64,000 nt of DNA from Syntrophales bacterium. GTDB taxonomy: Bacteria > Desulfobacterota > Syntrophia > Syntrophales > PHBD01. Where the stretch lies: the NCBI GenBank assembly GCA_963668175.1, contig OY764159.1:736001-800000 (forward strand), given 5' to 3'. Both the position numbers and the translations under genes were made by a program. Shown piece after piece: positions 39,539-48,893 of this stretch (positions are counted from its first letter, which is position 1; each line of letters begins with the position of its first letter). The notes under the pieces are model-generated. The model made no database searches. It was given only the letters and a program-made list of their open reading frames with translations, and was not told where the DNA came from.

Positions 39539-40613
39539 AGAATATCGCCTGCTCGTCATCAATGTGGGATCGACCTCGACCAAAGTCGCCTATTTCCGGG
39601 GCAAGGAAGCCGCAGCCCAGGAGAATATCCGTTATCGTGCCGAGGACCTGGCGGGATTTTCTTCCCTGGAAGAACAGCTGCCGCGCCGCAAGGAAGACGT
39701 GCTGAACTTTCTTGCCGGCCATGGGGTCGGTCCCGAGGAGATGGACATCGTCGTCAGTCGCGGCGGGCTGGGTATGCCCGCGCCGGCCGGGGCCTATCGC
39801 ATCGACGACGTCATGTGCCGGGACCTGCTGGAAGGCAAGTACGGGAAACACCCTTCGGCGCTGGGGCCGGCCATGGCGAGGGAGTTCTCGAAAAAATTCG
39901 GCATGCCGGCCATTGTGATCGATCCCCCGAGCACCGACGAATTCGGGCCCCTGGCCAGATTTTCCGGTATCTCTGAAATTGAGCGTCAAAGCGCCTTTCA
40001 CGCCCTCAATCAGAAGATGGCGGCCAGAAAATGCGCCGCCGCCCAGGGGAAGAAATATGAAGAGATGAATCTGATCGTCGCCCATCTCGGCGGCGGCGTC
40101 ACTATCGGCGCCCATGAGCGGGGACGCGTCATCGACTCCACGCACGGACTTATGGAAGGGCCGTTCACACCGGAAAGGGCCGGTACGCTGCCGACGCTCG
40201 CCCTCTTAGAGCTGGCCTCTTCGGGAAAGCTGGATAAGAAAGGGCTTCAGGGCAGGCTGGTGGGACAAGGGGGGCTGGCGGCCTACCTGGGAGTGACGGA
40301 TGCCCAGAGTGTGGAAGCCATGGTCAGGAACGGCGACACGAAAGCAAAGCTCGTTTTTGAGGCGATGGCCTATCAGATTGCCAAAGACATCGGTGCTATG
40401 GCCGTCGTCCTGATGGGACGCGTGGACGGGATCGTCATCACCGGCGGATTGGCCCACTCCGGGATGCTTACGGACTGGGTCAAAGAGAGAGTGGCCTTTC
40501 TGGCCCCCGTCTTTGTGTATCCCGGAGAAGATGAGATGGTGGCGCTGGCCGAAGGCGGCATCAGGGTCCTGCAGAAACAGGAGGAGGTCAAGACATACGG
40601 ACACGAGCGATGA
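39531..40613 (+). CDS. buk: butyrate kinase
   Basis: IN.GSTSTKVA, RGG, HALNQK, AHLGGG, GPFTPERAG, YQIAKDIG, TGG.A and YPGEDEM.ALA. Confidence 0.92.
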   Translation: MGEEYRLLVINVGSTSTKVAYFRGKEAAAQENIRYRAEDLAGFSSLEEQLPRRKEDVLNFLAGHGVGPEEMDIVVSRGGLGMPAPAGAYRIDDVMCRDLLEGKYGKHPSALGPAMAREFSKKFGMPAIVIDPPSTDEFGPLARFSGISEIERQSAFHALNQKMAARKCAAAQGKKYEEMNLIVAHLGGGVTIGAHERGRVIDSTHGLMEGPFTPERAGTLPTLALLELASSGKLDKKGLQGRLVGQGGLAAYLGVTDAQSVEAMVRNGDTKAKLVFEAMAYQIAKDIGAMAVVLMGRVDGIVITGGLAHSGMLTDWVKERVAFLAPVFVYPGEDEMVALAEGGIRVLQKQEEVKTYGHER

Positions 40614-40627
40614 TTTAAAGGAGATCT

Positions 40628-41776
40628 ATGGATTTCGCATGGACGGAGGAACAGGAACTTATCCGCAGGAACATGCGGGAATTTGCGTTGCAGCATGTGG
40701 AGGGCATCGCCGCGGAGATTGACGACAATGGCCGCCATCCTGTCGAGCTTTTCCGGAAACTGGGGGCAGGCGGCTGGATGGGCATTCCGATCCCGCGGGA
40801 ATACGGCGGCGCCGGCGCCGATTTCATGACCCATGCCATCGCCGTGGAGGAGATCTCCCGTTCCTGCTCGTCCACCGGCTTCACACTGTCCTTTCATGCC
40901 GGCATTATCGGCACGTCGCTCTTACATTACGGGAACGAAGAACAGAAGAAAAGATACCTGGTGTCCCTCGCCAAAGGAGAAAGCCTGGGGGCCTTTTCTC
41001 TGACGGAACCGGGGGCCGGAACGGATGTCATGGCCGTCGCCGCGACGGCTGTCCGTGAAGGCGACGATTATTTCATCAACGGGACGAAGACTTTCGTCTC
41101 CAACGGCCCTATTGCCGATATGTATATCGTCTTCGCCTGGACCGACAGAACGGCCGGCAAGAACGGCATGAGCGCCTTCATCGTTCCGCGTGACATCGCG
41201 GGCCTGAAGCCGGGAGAGCATTTCCGTAAGATGGGGCTCCGTGCGTCGCAAACGTCGGATGTTGTCCTGAATCAGTGCCGCATCCCGGAAGAGAATAGAC
41301 TCGGCAAGGAAGGTGAAGGGCTCGCCATCGCCATGAGGGGGTTCGACCATGGGAGAATCGGGATTGCCGCCCAGGCCACGGGGCTTCTTCAGGCGGCGTT
41401 CGACGAAGCGGTCATGTATTCCCGGGAACGGGTCCAGTTCGGCAAGCCGATTGCCCGCCAGCAGGCCATTGCCTGGATGATTGCCGACATGGCGACAGAC
41501 CTCTCCGCCGCCCGGCAACTGACCTACTATGCCGCCTGGTTGAAGGACAACAATCGTCCTTTCGGCAAGGAGGCCGCCATGGCCAAGCTTTTTGCCACGG
41601 AGGCGGCCGTCAGGAACACCGTTAAGGCCGTCCAGATTCACGGCGGCTACGGTTATATCAAGGGCGCCAAGGTGGAACGCCTCATGAGGGACGCCAAGAT
41701 CGCGGAGATATACGAAGGCACCTCGGAAGCCCAAAGAATGGTCATCTCCGGCAGCGTGATCAAAGAGAGACATTAA
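40628..41776 (+). CDS. acyl-CoA dehydrogenase
   Basis: FSLTEPGAGTD, NGTK.F, GRIGIAAQ, RVQFGK, HGGYGY and IYEGTSE. Confidence 0.93.
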   Translation: MDFAWTEEQELIRRNMREFALQHVEGIAAEIDDNGRHPVELFRKLGAGGWMGIPIPREYGGAGADFMTHAIAVEEISRSCSSTGFTLSFHAGIIGTSLLHYGNEEQKKRYLVSLAKGESLGAFSLTEPGAGTDVMAVAATAVREGDDYFINGTKTFVSNGPIADMYIVFAWTDRTAGKNGMSAFIVPRDIAGLKPGEHFRKMGLRASQTSDVVLNQCRIPEENRLGKEGEGLAIAMRGFDHGRIGIAAQATGLLQAAFDEAVMYSRERVQFGKPIARQQAIAWMIADMATDLSAARQLTYYAAWLKDNNRPFGKEAAMAKLFATEAAVRNTVKAVQIHGGYGYIKGAKVERLMRDAKIAEIYEGTSEAQRMVISGSVIKERH

Positions 41777-42081
41777 ATGCCGTTTAATCCGGCCGGAGGA
41801 GGCGCTATCTCCTTTCCTTGAGAGATGCCGCCGTGGCACAGCAACCGGAACGACGGGGCATTGCGTCTTAGTGTTTTCTGAGATTGCGCGTTGTTCAGTG
41901 CATCCCGCCCGAGTGAACGAATCGTTTGCTCACAGCCTTATCGACAACACCATCTATTACCGCCGTCGCGTATATCTGTCTGACAATTAATATTTGACTT
42001 GTTCGGGCAATCGGAATACAATGTAATACACATGTGCGCCTTCGGGGGGAAGCTTAATAAGCTGCGGGGGAGGTATATCGT

Positions 42082-42735
42082 ATGGAGAGAAGGGAAAACG
42101 TCAGGCCGGGCGATTCCGTCCAGGTCATCCTTGAACAGGGCGCGGACGATCACGTGAAAAAAGGCACCGTCTATGAGGTGGACGGCAGCAGAATCCTTCT
42201 GTCCCAGACGTCGCCGCCCCTGTCGGATGTCCATCGCGGCCTGCATGCCCGGGTATCCTTTCTGGCCCGGGGCAGGAATGGATCCGAGCAGCGGGCCTTT
42301 ACGGCCACCATCGCGGATCTTCTGCCCCGGTATGAGATATCCTCGTCCCAGACAGTTCCTGCCGTCGTTCTGGAGCAGCTGACGAGTTCCCGACCCTTCA
42401 ACCGCAGGACGTTTGTCCGCGTCAAACCCGTTCGGAAGAGCGGTCTCGCCGCTATATCCGGCACGAGCAAGTTGACCGTTATCGATATCTCTCTGGTTGG
42501 GGCCAGGCTCTCCGCCGCCGAGAAGCCCGGCATGGAAACGCACGACAAGGTCTCCATAAAGTTTATCTTTGACACCCGGTGGTTCGATGTGGATGCCACT
42601 GTCGTGAAGGTTATCGCGAGGGCCGGGTTGCATTACGTTTCCGTCCAGTTTGCCCCCGGTCAGAAGGAGTTTGAGCATCAACTGGGGAAGAAGTTGCTTA
42701 TGATCCAGCGGGAGCAGCTGGCCCGGGATTGGTGA
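42082..42735 (+). CDS. PilZ-domain (YcgR-like) c-di-GMP receptor
   Basis: RRTFVR (RxxxR) and DISLVG (DxSxxG) motifs. Confidence 0.8.
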   Translation: MERRENVRPGDSVQVILEQGADDHVKKGTVYEVDGSRILLSQTSPPLSDVHRGLHARVSFLARGRNGSEQRAFTATIADLLPRYEISSSQTVPAVVLEQLTSSRPFNRRTFVRVKPVRKSGLAAISGTSKLTVIDISLVGARLSAAEKPGMETHDKVSIKFIFDTRWFDVDATVVKVIARAGLHYVSVQFAPGQKEFEHQLGKKLLMIQREQLARDW

Positions 42736-42795
42736 GAGCCGCGAAGAAAGGCCGCCGGTTGCGTTCGGCAGCGGATACTGCCGGTCCGGGGTATT

Positions 42796-44130
42796 CTATC
42801 CGTCTATGCCGAAGACCTTCCTGGCGATTCCCCGTGCGGCGAGAATGCCCGAGATACCCGCGCCAACGATGCCCCGGCTCTTGCCCGTTCCGTCGCCGGC
42901 GACGAAAATGCCATCCACGTTGGTTTCCATGTTCCCGTTTGTGGGAAAGCGCGTGTCGAAGAACTTAATCTCCGGTGCATAGAGCAATGTTGAGGGATGA
43001 AGGATACCGGGGACAACCTTGTCAAGTTTCTTCAGGGATTCCCAGAGATTGTCGATGATGCGTGCCGGCATGCCGAGGGTGATGTCACCCGGGACGGCGC
43101 CGTACGTGGCCTTGCAGAAATCGAAGTGCCGAGTTGTGCTGTCGAACGTCTCCCTTGAACTTCTCCTCCCTTCCCGGAAATCGCCCACTCGCTGTACGAT
43201 GGGCGTACCACTGCCGAGAAGGGAAAATTGCCGGGCGATCATCTGCCCGAACTCGGTCGTGTCGGAGAGGGGTTTGGTGAGGGCTACCGTGTTGATGAGG
43301 GCGAAGTTCGTATTGTTTGTCCGGCGATGATGCAGGGCATCGCCGTTGATCAGTTTGAAGCTGCCGTAGTTTTCGACGCGCACCCGTCCGCCCGGATTGG
43401 TACAGAAAGTCCGGACCCGGTCGTTGTGACAGGACGTTGTGAATATGAATTTCGGATCGTAGACGATATCGGTTACAGCGTCGAACAACTTACGGTTGAG
43501 TTCCAGACGGATGCCTACATCGATGGGGCCGAAGACATGGTTCACGCCGAGCCGGTCGGCTGCATCCCGAAACCAGTAGGAGCCGCTCCTCCCCGGTGCG
43601 ACAAGAAGGGTCCTGCCGAAGCAGGCGGACTTTCTCCCGTCGCGGCGGATGGCGATGCGGCACCGTTCCGGGCTGGATTTCGCGATGTCGAGAACTTCCG
43701 TTCCCAGCAGGAAGACTGTCTTTTTAAGGAGGCCGCGCAGGTATTCAACAGCCTGTTTGCCGTAATCCGTCCCCCAATGCCACTGTTCCGGAGCGATAAA
43801 TTCGACGCCGTACTCGCGGGCCATGGCCTGCAACACGTCGATGCCTCCGTGGTCCGTTACGGTGACCTGGCGGCAGCGGGGAAAACCTGTGAAGACGGTC
43901 TTGATTTCTTCAATCAGGTCTTGAGCGGATTCGCGATCGAGGCCAAGCTCTTTCAAGTCGATGCCTATCCGGTAATCGAAATTGAGCTTGCCGTCGTTTA
44001 GGAGACCGCCGGCAGGGTAGGGGAGCCGGTCGATGACGGCGATACGGTCAAGGCCCAGGCGCTCAAGCCAGATGGCGGCGAAGAGACCCGCCGGCCCGGA
44101 TCCTATAATGACGACATTGAAGGCATTCAT
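42796..44130 (-). CDS. FAD-dependent oxidoreductase (COG2509-like)
   Basis: GSGPAG, DGKL, APGRSG, D.G.R.E, VRTFC.NP.G, NTNFAL, LY.PEIKF and GDG.G..RG. Confidence 0.85.
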   Translation of the reverse strand: MNAFNVVIIGSGPAGLFAAIWLERLGLDRIAVIDRLPYPAGGLLNDGKLNFDYRIGIDLKELGLDRESAQDLIEEIKTVFTGFPRCRQVTVTDHGGIDVLQAMAREYGVEFIAPEQWHWGTDYGKQAVEYLRGLLKKTVFLLGTEVLDIAKSSPERCRIAIRRDGRKSACFGRTLLVAPGRSGSYWFRDAADRLGVNHVFGPIDVGIRLELNRKLFDAVTDIVYDPKFIFTTSCHNDRVRTFCTNPGGRVRVENYGSFKLINGDALHHRRTNNTNFALINTVALTKPLSDTTEFGQMIARQFSLLGSGTPIVQRVGDFREGRRSSRETFDSTTRHFDFCKATYGAVPGDITLGMPARIIDNLWESLKKLDKVVPGILHPSTLLYAPEIKFFDTRFPTNGNMETNVDGIFVAGDGTGKSRGIVGAGISGILAARGIARKVFGIDG

Positions 44131-44376
44131 TGAGAAACACTATCATATTAAAAGCATATGGTGCAACCGATCTGTGGCATAACGGTCGTTTAAAGGCTTG
44201 AGCGTATTCCGGCAGCCGCGCCGAAAAAGGCGCAATGATCCACCGATGGAAAATCGTTACGAGATTTCCGTAGAAAATCCTGACCATGCTGTGGAAAAAG
44301 TACTACGAAAGCAACATGAGCGGTTAAAAGAGAACGTTCTGCCGGCCCGTACAGGCCGCTTTTCGGTCGGACGCCT

Positions 44377-44487
44377 TTAGGCGTGTCCCAGCCAGTAGAC
44401 GATAAGCATGCTGGCGCTGGCACATACGATAAAGGCAACGAAGAAATACTTCATGAATTGCGGTACTTGATCTGTAGAATCCTTCAT
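44377..44487 (-). CDS. candidate single-TM microprotein MKDSTDQVPQFMKYFFVAFIVCASASMLIVYWLGHA (36 aa)
   Basis: Translated by hand (below the ORF-track cutoff); AAAGGA RBS 6 nt upstream; ~20-residue hydrophobic stretch. Confidence 0.5.
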   Translation of the reverse strand: MKDSTDQVPQFMKYFFVAFIVCASASMLIVYWLGHA

Positions 44488-45108
44488 GGCGAATCCTTTC
44501 GGGTGAGACGGGTTCCTTCGTGTGACAAGGGCATCAAAAAATAACCGGATGGCTCCGGAGCAGCCCTGACCGTGATGTTGCGAGTCCTAAAAAAGATTGG
44601 GTCTCGTGTCAATATGTACATCCTATATACGGGCGGAAGACTCGTGGTTTTTTCCAAGAAATAAATGCGGTTGCGGCTGGAAATATTTTTTTTACGACGA
44701 TGGAAAGGGGAAACCGTAAACAAGATTGGTTCAGTTAAAAGAGTGAATAATATAAGCTAATAACATTTAATATTATAGTATATTGCTTATTTATTAATTC
44801 TATTTGTGAGTTTCTTTGCATTTAACCTTCCAATATACAGAGCATTTTGATTATCCGGAAAGACGGGATGGGCTGCTTGCCCTGCATGCATTGGCTTTCG
44901 GCCAGTGCCATCTTCACCGGGTCCATAGATTGCCGCTTTGCCGGTGCAGCGTCTTATCTTGTACGCCCCTTATCGAACAAAAACAGTGGCCGACCGGCGG
45001 TCAGGCGGACACAGGGAAAAACGAGGCTTGTTCGTATGCCCTGCTCCTGGTCTTGATTATGCGATGATGCCTCTGTTCGTCCAAATGCATCCTGCATCCT
45101 GTCTTGCC

Positions 45109-45741
45109 TCAACCAAGCAAGACCTGGATAACGCTCTCAATGGCCCATTTGAAAAGGAAGATGACAGGCTGGAGGATGCCAAGGGCGTATAGGCCGATGA
45201 TGATAAAGAAACCGTAAGGCTCCAATCGGCCCATGGTCCGCTGCAATCCCTGTCCCGCAAAACCCATGAGGATCTTTGAGCCGTCCAGAGGCGGTATGGG
45301 GATCAGGTTAAAAGACGCCAGCATGACGTTGATCAGAAACAAGAAGTATAATGCTATATCCAGAGGTGTGTCCGAAACCGGTGCCAGGAGTTTGATAAAC
45401 AGCGCGGCCAGGAAAGCGACAATCAAATTGGCCACGATTCCCGCGGCCGAAACCAGGATGAGGCCCTTGCGCTGGTCGTGCAGATTGTAGAAATTGACGG
45501 GAACGGGCTTGGCCCAGCCGAAGCCGAAAATAAAGAGCATGACCGTGCCGATCGGATCGAGATGATTGATGGGATTCAAGGTGAGACGACCGGCCCACTT
45601 GGCGGTGGGGTCGCCCATCCGGTAGGCCACCCAGCCGTGAGCCAATTCATGGAGAATGATGGAGTAGAGCAGCGGTATAACCAGTAAAACGAATGTCAGC
45701 GGGTCGCTGAGCAACAAGCCAAGGAGTCCCCAATGTTCCAT
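45109..45741 (-). CDS. site-2 protease family (M50) intramembrane metalloprotease
   Basis: HELAH, GRLTLNP..H.D, GWAKPVP and FNLIPIPPLDG. Confidence 0.93.
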   Translation of the reverse strand: MEHWGLLGLLLSDPLTFVLLVIPLLYSIILHELAHGWVAYRMGDPTAKWAGRLTLNPINHLDPIGTVMLFIFGFGWAKPVPVNFYNLHDQRKGLILVSAAGIVANLIVAFLAALFIKLLAPVSDTPLDIALYFLFLINVMLASFNLIPIPPLDGSKILMGFAGQGLQRTMGRLEPYGFFIIIGLYALGILQPVIFLFKWAIESVIQVLLG

Positions 45742-45998
45742 ATCGACAGCCTTTCAACACCTATATTGATAAACTGTTGATAATTTTAACAGCTTTTCCG
45801 GGAAGGCACAACAGACGAATGGCGGCACGTATCTCGTAAACCGCGCAAGGGTACAGCCGCCTATACCGATCACACTTGCAAATTAGTGAAATGTATGTTT
45901 TGTAGCGATTCTTGGAAGAAAGTGCATGACAGAGTGAACTCAAACGTTTTTTGAACTGCCGTAAGAATGATGGCAGACTGCCGGAAGGAATCCGTCTC

Positions 45999-46094
45999 AT
46001 GACCCGCACCATTGTCGCCGTTCTTGCCGGTCTCATTCTGGGTATGTTTACGGCCTATCTCTTAAGTCCTTTTCTGATCAATCTCCTGAGATAA
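45999..46094 (+). CDS. candidate single-TM microprotein MTRTIVAVLAGLILGMFTAYLLSPFLINLLR (31 aa)
   Basis: Translated by hand; GGAAGGA RBS about 9 nt upstream; almost entirely hydrophobic with GxxxG. Confidence 0.55.
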   Translation: MTRTIVAVLAGLILGMFTAYLLSPFLINLLR

Positions 46095-46271
46095 CGGACT
46101 CAAGATCATCCGGAGCATTCCCTCAAGCTCATTTCGTTCAATCCGCCTTGAACATTTCTTTCAAAAAACCCTCGGGAACAGAAAAAATTCGAGAAGAACA
46201 CCTTTGATGGTTATGTCTATTTATGAGTTATATTGAGAATGTACAAGATATAAGCGGGGCGCCGGCGCCTC

Positions 46272-46287
46272 TGGCACGCCTTTTGAT
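46272..46287 (+). promoter_or_regulatory. sigma54-like -24/-12 promoter candidate
   Basis: TGGCACgccttTTGAT: correct GG-N10 spacing, but GA instead of GC at -12. Confidence 0.45.
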
Positions 46288-46333
46288 ATACCTAAAGTAA
46301 AAGGGATAATAAATCCAAAGGAGGATACAGATA

Positions 46334-46609
46334 ATGAAAAAGAGAATTCAGACCTTGTTGGTTTCGGTGTTCGTCGTCCTGACAACGGCTACTTTCGGAT
46401 ACGCGGAATTTTCCGCAACGGGCGCGGGGAGCTTCCCCTTCTTCCAGCTCGGGTGCCTCATCGTCGGCGGCATGACGATCATCTCCCTCAAACACAAATA
46501 TGAAAAAATGTACACCAACGAAGCGGTCGGCGCCTTCGCCCTGTACGCGGTCCTCGTCGCCCTCTTCACGAACCCCGTCATCGACGCCCTGAGGAGCCTG
46601 GTCGGTTAA
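46334..46609 (+). CDS. small membrane protein (signal-like leader plus two TM helices)
   Basis: AAGGAGG RBS; host-like GC3-rich codons; 91 aa. Confidence 0.8.
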   Translation: MKKRIQTLLVSVFVVLTTATFGYAEFSATGAGSFPFFQLGCLIVGGMTIISLKHKYEKMYTNEAVGAFALYAVLVALFTNPVIDALRSLVG

Positions 46610-46643
46610 GACGCTATCATAGAATACTTCAGGAAAGGAGGAC

Positions 46644-46880
46644 ATGATCATGGGAACGGCCAGCAAGAATATACAGACTATCGGAAACTTAAGAAAAGTT
46701 CTTTCGGTCAGCGCGTGGGGATTCTCGATCGTGATCGTCTCCTTTCTCTTCCTCTATATCGGCCTGAAGCTGGACGAGTGGCTGGGAACGGCCCCGAACT
46801 TCATGTTCGGTCTCTTCTTCCTGGCCCTGGTTACGACGATCGGCAGGATGTATCAGGATGTGTGGCGTAAAAAAGACTGA
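46644..46880 (+). CDS. AtpZ/AtpI-family (ATPase gene 1-like) protein, orphan
   Basis: G..I.......YIG.KLD.WLGT.P.F......L pattern; AAGGAGG RBS. Confidence 0.78.
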   Translation: MIMGTASKNIQTIGNLRKVLSVSAWGFSIVIVSFLFLYIGLKLDEWLGTAPNFMFGLFFLALVTTIGRMYQDVWRKKD

Positions 46881-46943
46881 AGGACGGTTCGCATAGAGCG
46901 ACATAGACGGTGTCCGTTCTTCCTGACTTATCAGAGCAAATTG

Positions 46944-46980
46944 GCCCCTTTCACTCGTAGTGAAAGGGGCTTTTTCTTTT
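46944..46980 (+). terminator. intrinsic terminator
   Basis: GCCCCTTTCACT-cgt-AGTGAAAGGGGC followed by TTTTTCTTTT. Confidence 0.85.
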
Positions 46981-46996
46981 ACACCGGTTACCGTTG

Positions 46997-48385
46997 TTAG
47001 ACTATGCGGGTGAGGACGGCGCCGAAGAATCCGTCCATATTGTGCCGGTGGGGATAAGTCCGGAAGAAACCGTCCGGGCCGATGAAGTCCTTAACGGCGG
47101 GATCGGGATCCCTCCCGCTCAGGGCGAATTCTTTGTGGGCAGAAAGAAAAGTCTTTATGACGTCCTCATTTTCTTGGGACATGACGGAGCAGGTGCTGTA
47201 GACGAGGCGGCCGCCGATTTTAAGGAATGCGGCACCATGCCGAAGAATTCCGCCTTGAAGATCGGCGGTTTCTTTCAAATCATCCGGCCGGATGCGCCAT
47301 TTGATTTCCGGATTTCGCCTCAGGGTTCCAAGGCCGGAACAGGGAACATCCGCCATGACCAGATCAAAGCGTTCCTGTAGGTCCTCCTCCCGCATTTGGG
47401 CGGCATCGGCAGCGAGTGTCCGGATGATGGTGGCTCCCATGCCGGCCGCCGTATCCGTCAGGACGGCGAGTTTCGCGGGACTGATATCCACGGCGAGAAT
47501 TTGTCCCCGGTTTTGCATCAGAGTGGCCAGATGGGTCGCTTTGCCGCCGGAGCCGGCGCAAAGGTCGAGGACGTCTTCGCCGGGCATCGGCGAGGCCAGC
47601 CTGGAGATGAGCTGGGAGGCCTCTTCCTGGATTCGGATCAGTCCACCTTGGACAGCTGAGAGGGATTTGAGCGTTGTTCCGGACTTGCCGAAAACGAGGC
47701 CGTCGGGAGAAAAGGGTGCAGCATCCGCCGTGGCGCCGTCGGCGTTGAGAATGGCCATTGCAGAGTCCCGGTCCGTTTTTAAGGTGTTTATACGGGCCGT
47801 CAAAGGCGGCGTCCGGTTGTTGGCGGCGCACAGGGCGCCTGTCTCGTCGATACCGAATTCGGCGATCCAGCGTTCGACAAGCCACAGCGGATGAGAATGG
47901 AGAATCGACAGATAAAGGGCCGGTTCAACGGCCGGATCGGGGTAGGGAAGGCTTTCCCTGCGGCGTAAAAAGTTGCGCAGAATCGCATTCACAAGGGAAG
48001 CAGCCGCGAGCCGATCCTTTTTCGCCAGTTTTACAGCCTCGTCGACGGCGGCGAAGGCGGGGATGCGGTCCGTATAGACGATCTGATACAGGGCCGTCCT
48101 TAAGATATTCCTGACAACGGTGTCCAGGGACGACGATCTGCCCGGGTGCTGAAATTGCCCGATGATCCAGTCGAGATGGCCTTTCATCCGGAGGGTCCCG
48201 TAAACGAGTTCCGTGACGAGGTGGCGATCCGGGGCGAGAGGGAAGGCGTCACCGGAAAGGCCGACGTCGAGAAGCGGTTCCGCAAAAGCGTCCGTATCCT
48301 CGATCCTGTTCAGGATTGTCACGGCCAGTCCCCTGGGGGTCTTGGCGGCCCGTAAAGATGCCTGTTTGCGTTTGCTGGAGTCCAT
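46997..48385 (-). CDS. rsmB: 16S rRNA m5C967 methyltransferase
   Basis: NusB-like N-terminus (ELVYGTLR, VNAILR), SHP.WL, DLCA.SGGK, D.PCSG.G..RR.PEI and YSTCS; near fmt. Confidence 0.92.
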   Translation of the reverse strand: MDSSKRKQASLRAAKTPRGLAVTILNRIEDTDAFAEPLLDVGLSGDAFPLAPDRHLVTELVYGTLRMKGHLDWIIGQFQHPGRSSSLDTVVRNILRTALYQIVYTDRIPAFAAVDEAVKLAKKDRLAAASLVNAILRNFLRRRESLPYPDPAVEPALYLSILHSHPLWLVERWIAEFGIDETGALCAANNRTPPLTARINTLKTDRDSAMAILNADGATADAAPFSPDGLVFGKSGTTLKSLSAVQGGLIRIQEEASQLISRLASPMPGEDVLDLCAGSGGKATHLATLMQNRGQILAVDISPAKLAVLTDTAAGMGATIIRTLAADAAQMREEDLQERFDLVMADVPCSGLGTLRRNPEIKWRIRPDDLKETADLQGGILRHGAAFLKIGGRLVYSTCSVMSQENEDVIKTFLSAHKEFALSGRDPDPAVKDFIGPDGFFRTYPHRHNMDGFFGAVLTRIV

Positions 48386-48433
48386 GATGTTCTGCCGGGA
48401 TGTCGGGAAGCTGCTTTGCAGATACCGTATTTG

Positions 48434-48892
48434 TCAGGGGTTTTCGAAGAAATCGGTTTTGGAGCGCTTTCTGTAGACGAGGCCGGAAAAGACGGCGACG
48501 ACTTCACCCGATTCTTCCGTAATGTGAATTTCGTATGAGGCGATCTTGGGATTGGCCGACACTTCCCTGGCTTCGGCATAGATGGTCGGCCCCGTAGCGG
48601 CCTTGATGTAGGATATCGAGGCGTTGATAGCGACGGCGGGCTGCCCGTGGGAATTGGACGCCGCAGCGAACGCCAGGTCGGCCAGGGAAAAGACGGCCGC
48701 GCCGTGGGGTATCGAAAGCCCGTTGAGATGATGGTCCTGCAGGCGAAGCGAAGCCTTTGCGTAGCCTGTATCCACTTCCAGAAGCTCGATGCCGACATGC
48801 CGGGCAAAAGCGTCTTTCTGAAAGCTGCGCTTGATGCTCTCAGGTGTAATGCGTCCCTTAATCTCTTGCCGCTTTTCCTCAGTCTTTTGCAT
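48434..48892 (-). CDS. PaaI/PaaD-like hot-dog thioesterase
   Basis: D.FA...GI, HLNG...PHG...FSLAD.AFA.ASNS. Confidence 0.87.
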   Translation of the reverse strand: MQKTEEKRQEIKGRITPESIKRSFQKDAFARHVGIELLEVDTGYAKASLRLQDHHLNGLSIPHGAAVFSLADLAFAAASNSHGQPAVAINASISYIKAATGPTIYAEAREVSANPKIASYEIHITEESGEVVAVFSGLVYRKRSKTDFFENP

Positions 48893-48893
48893 G

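Noticed and set aside
44246..44380. 44-aa plus-strand ORF MENRYEISV...
   Set aside because: No clear RBS or family signature; cannot be supported from sequence alone.
44500..45060. Possible riboswitch or ncRNA in the long intergenic gap
   Set aside because: I could not match c-di-GMP, SAM, TPP or other aptamer consensus by eye; an Rfam scan is needed.
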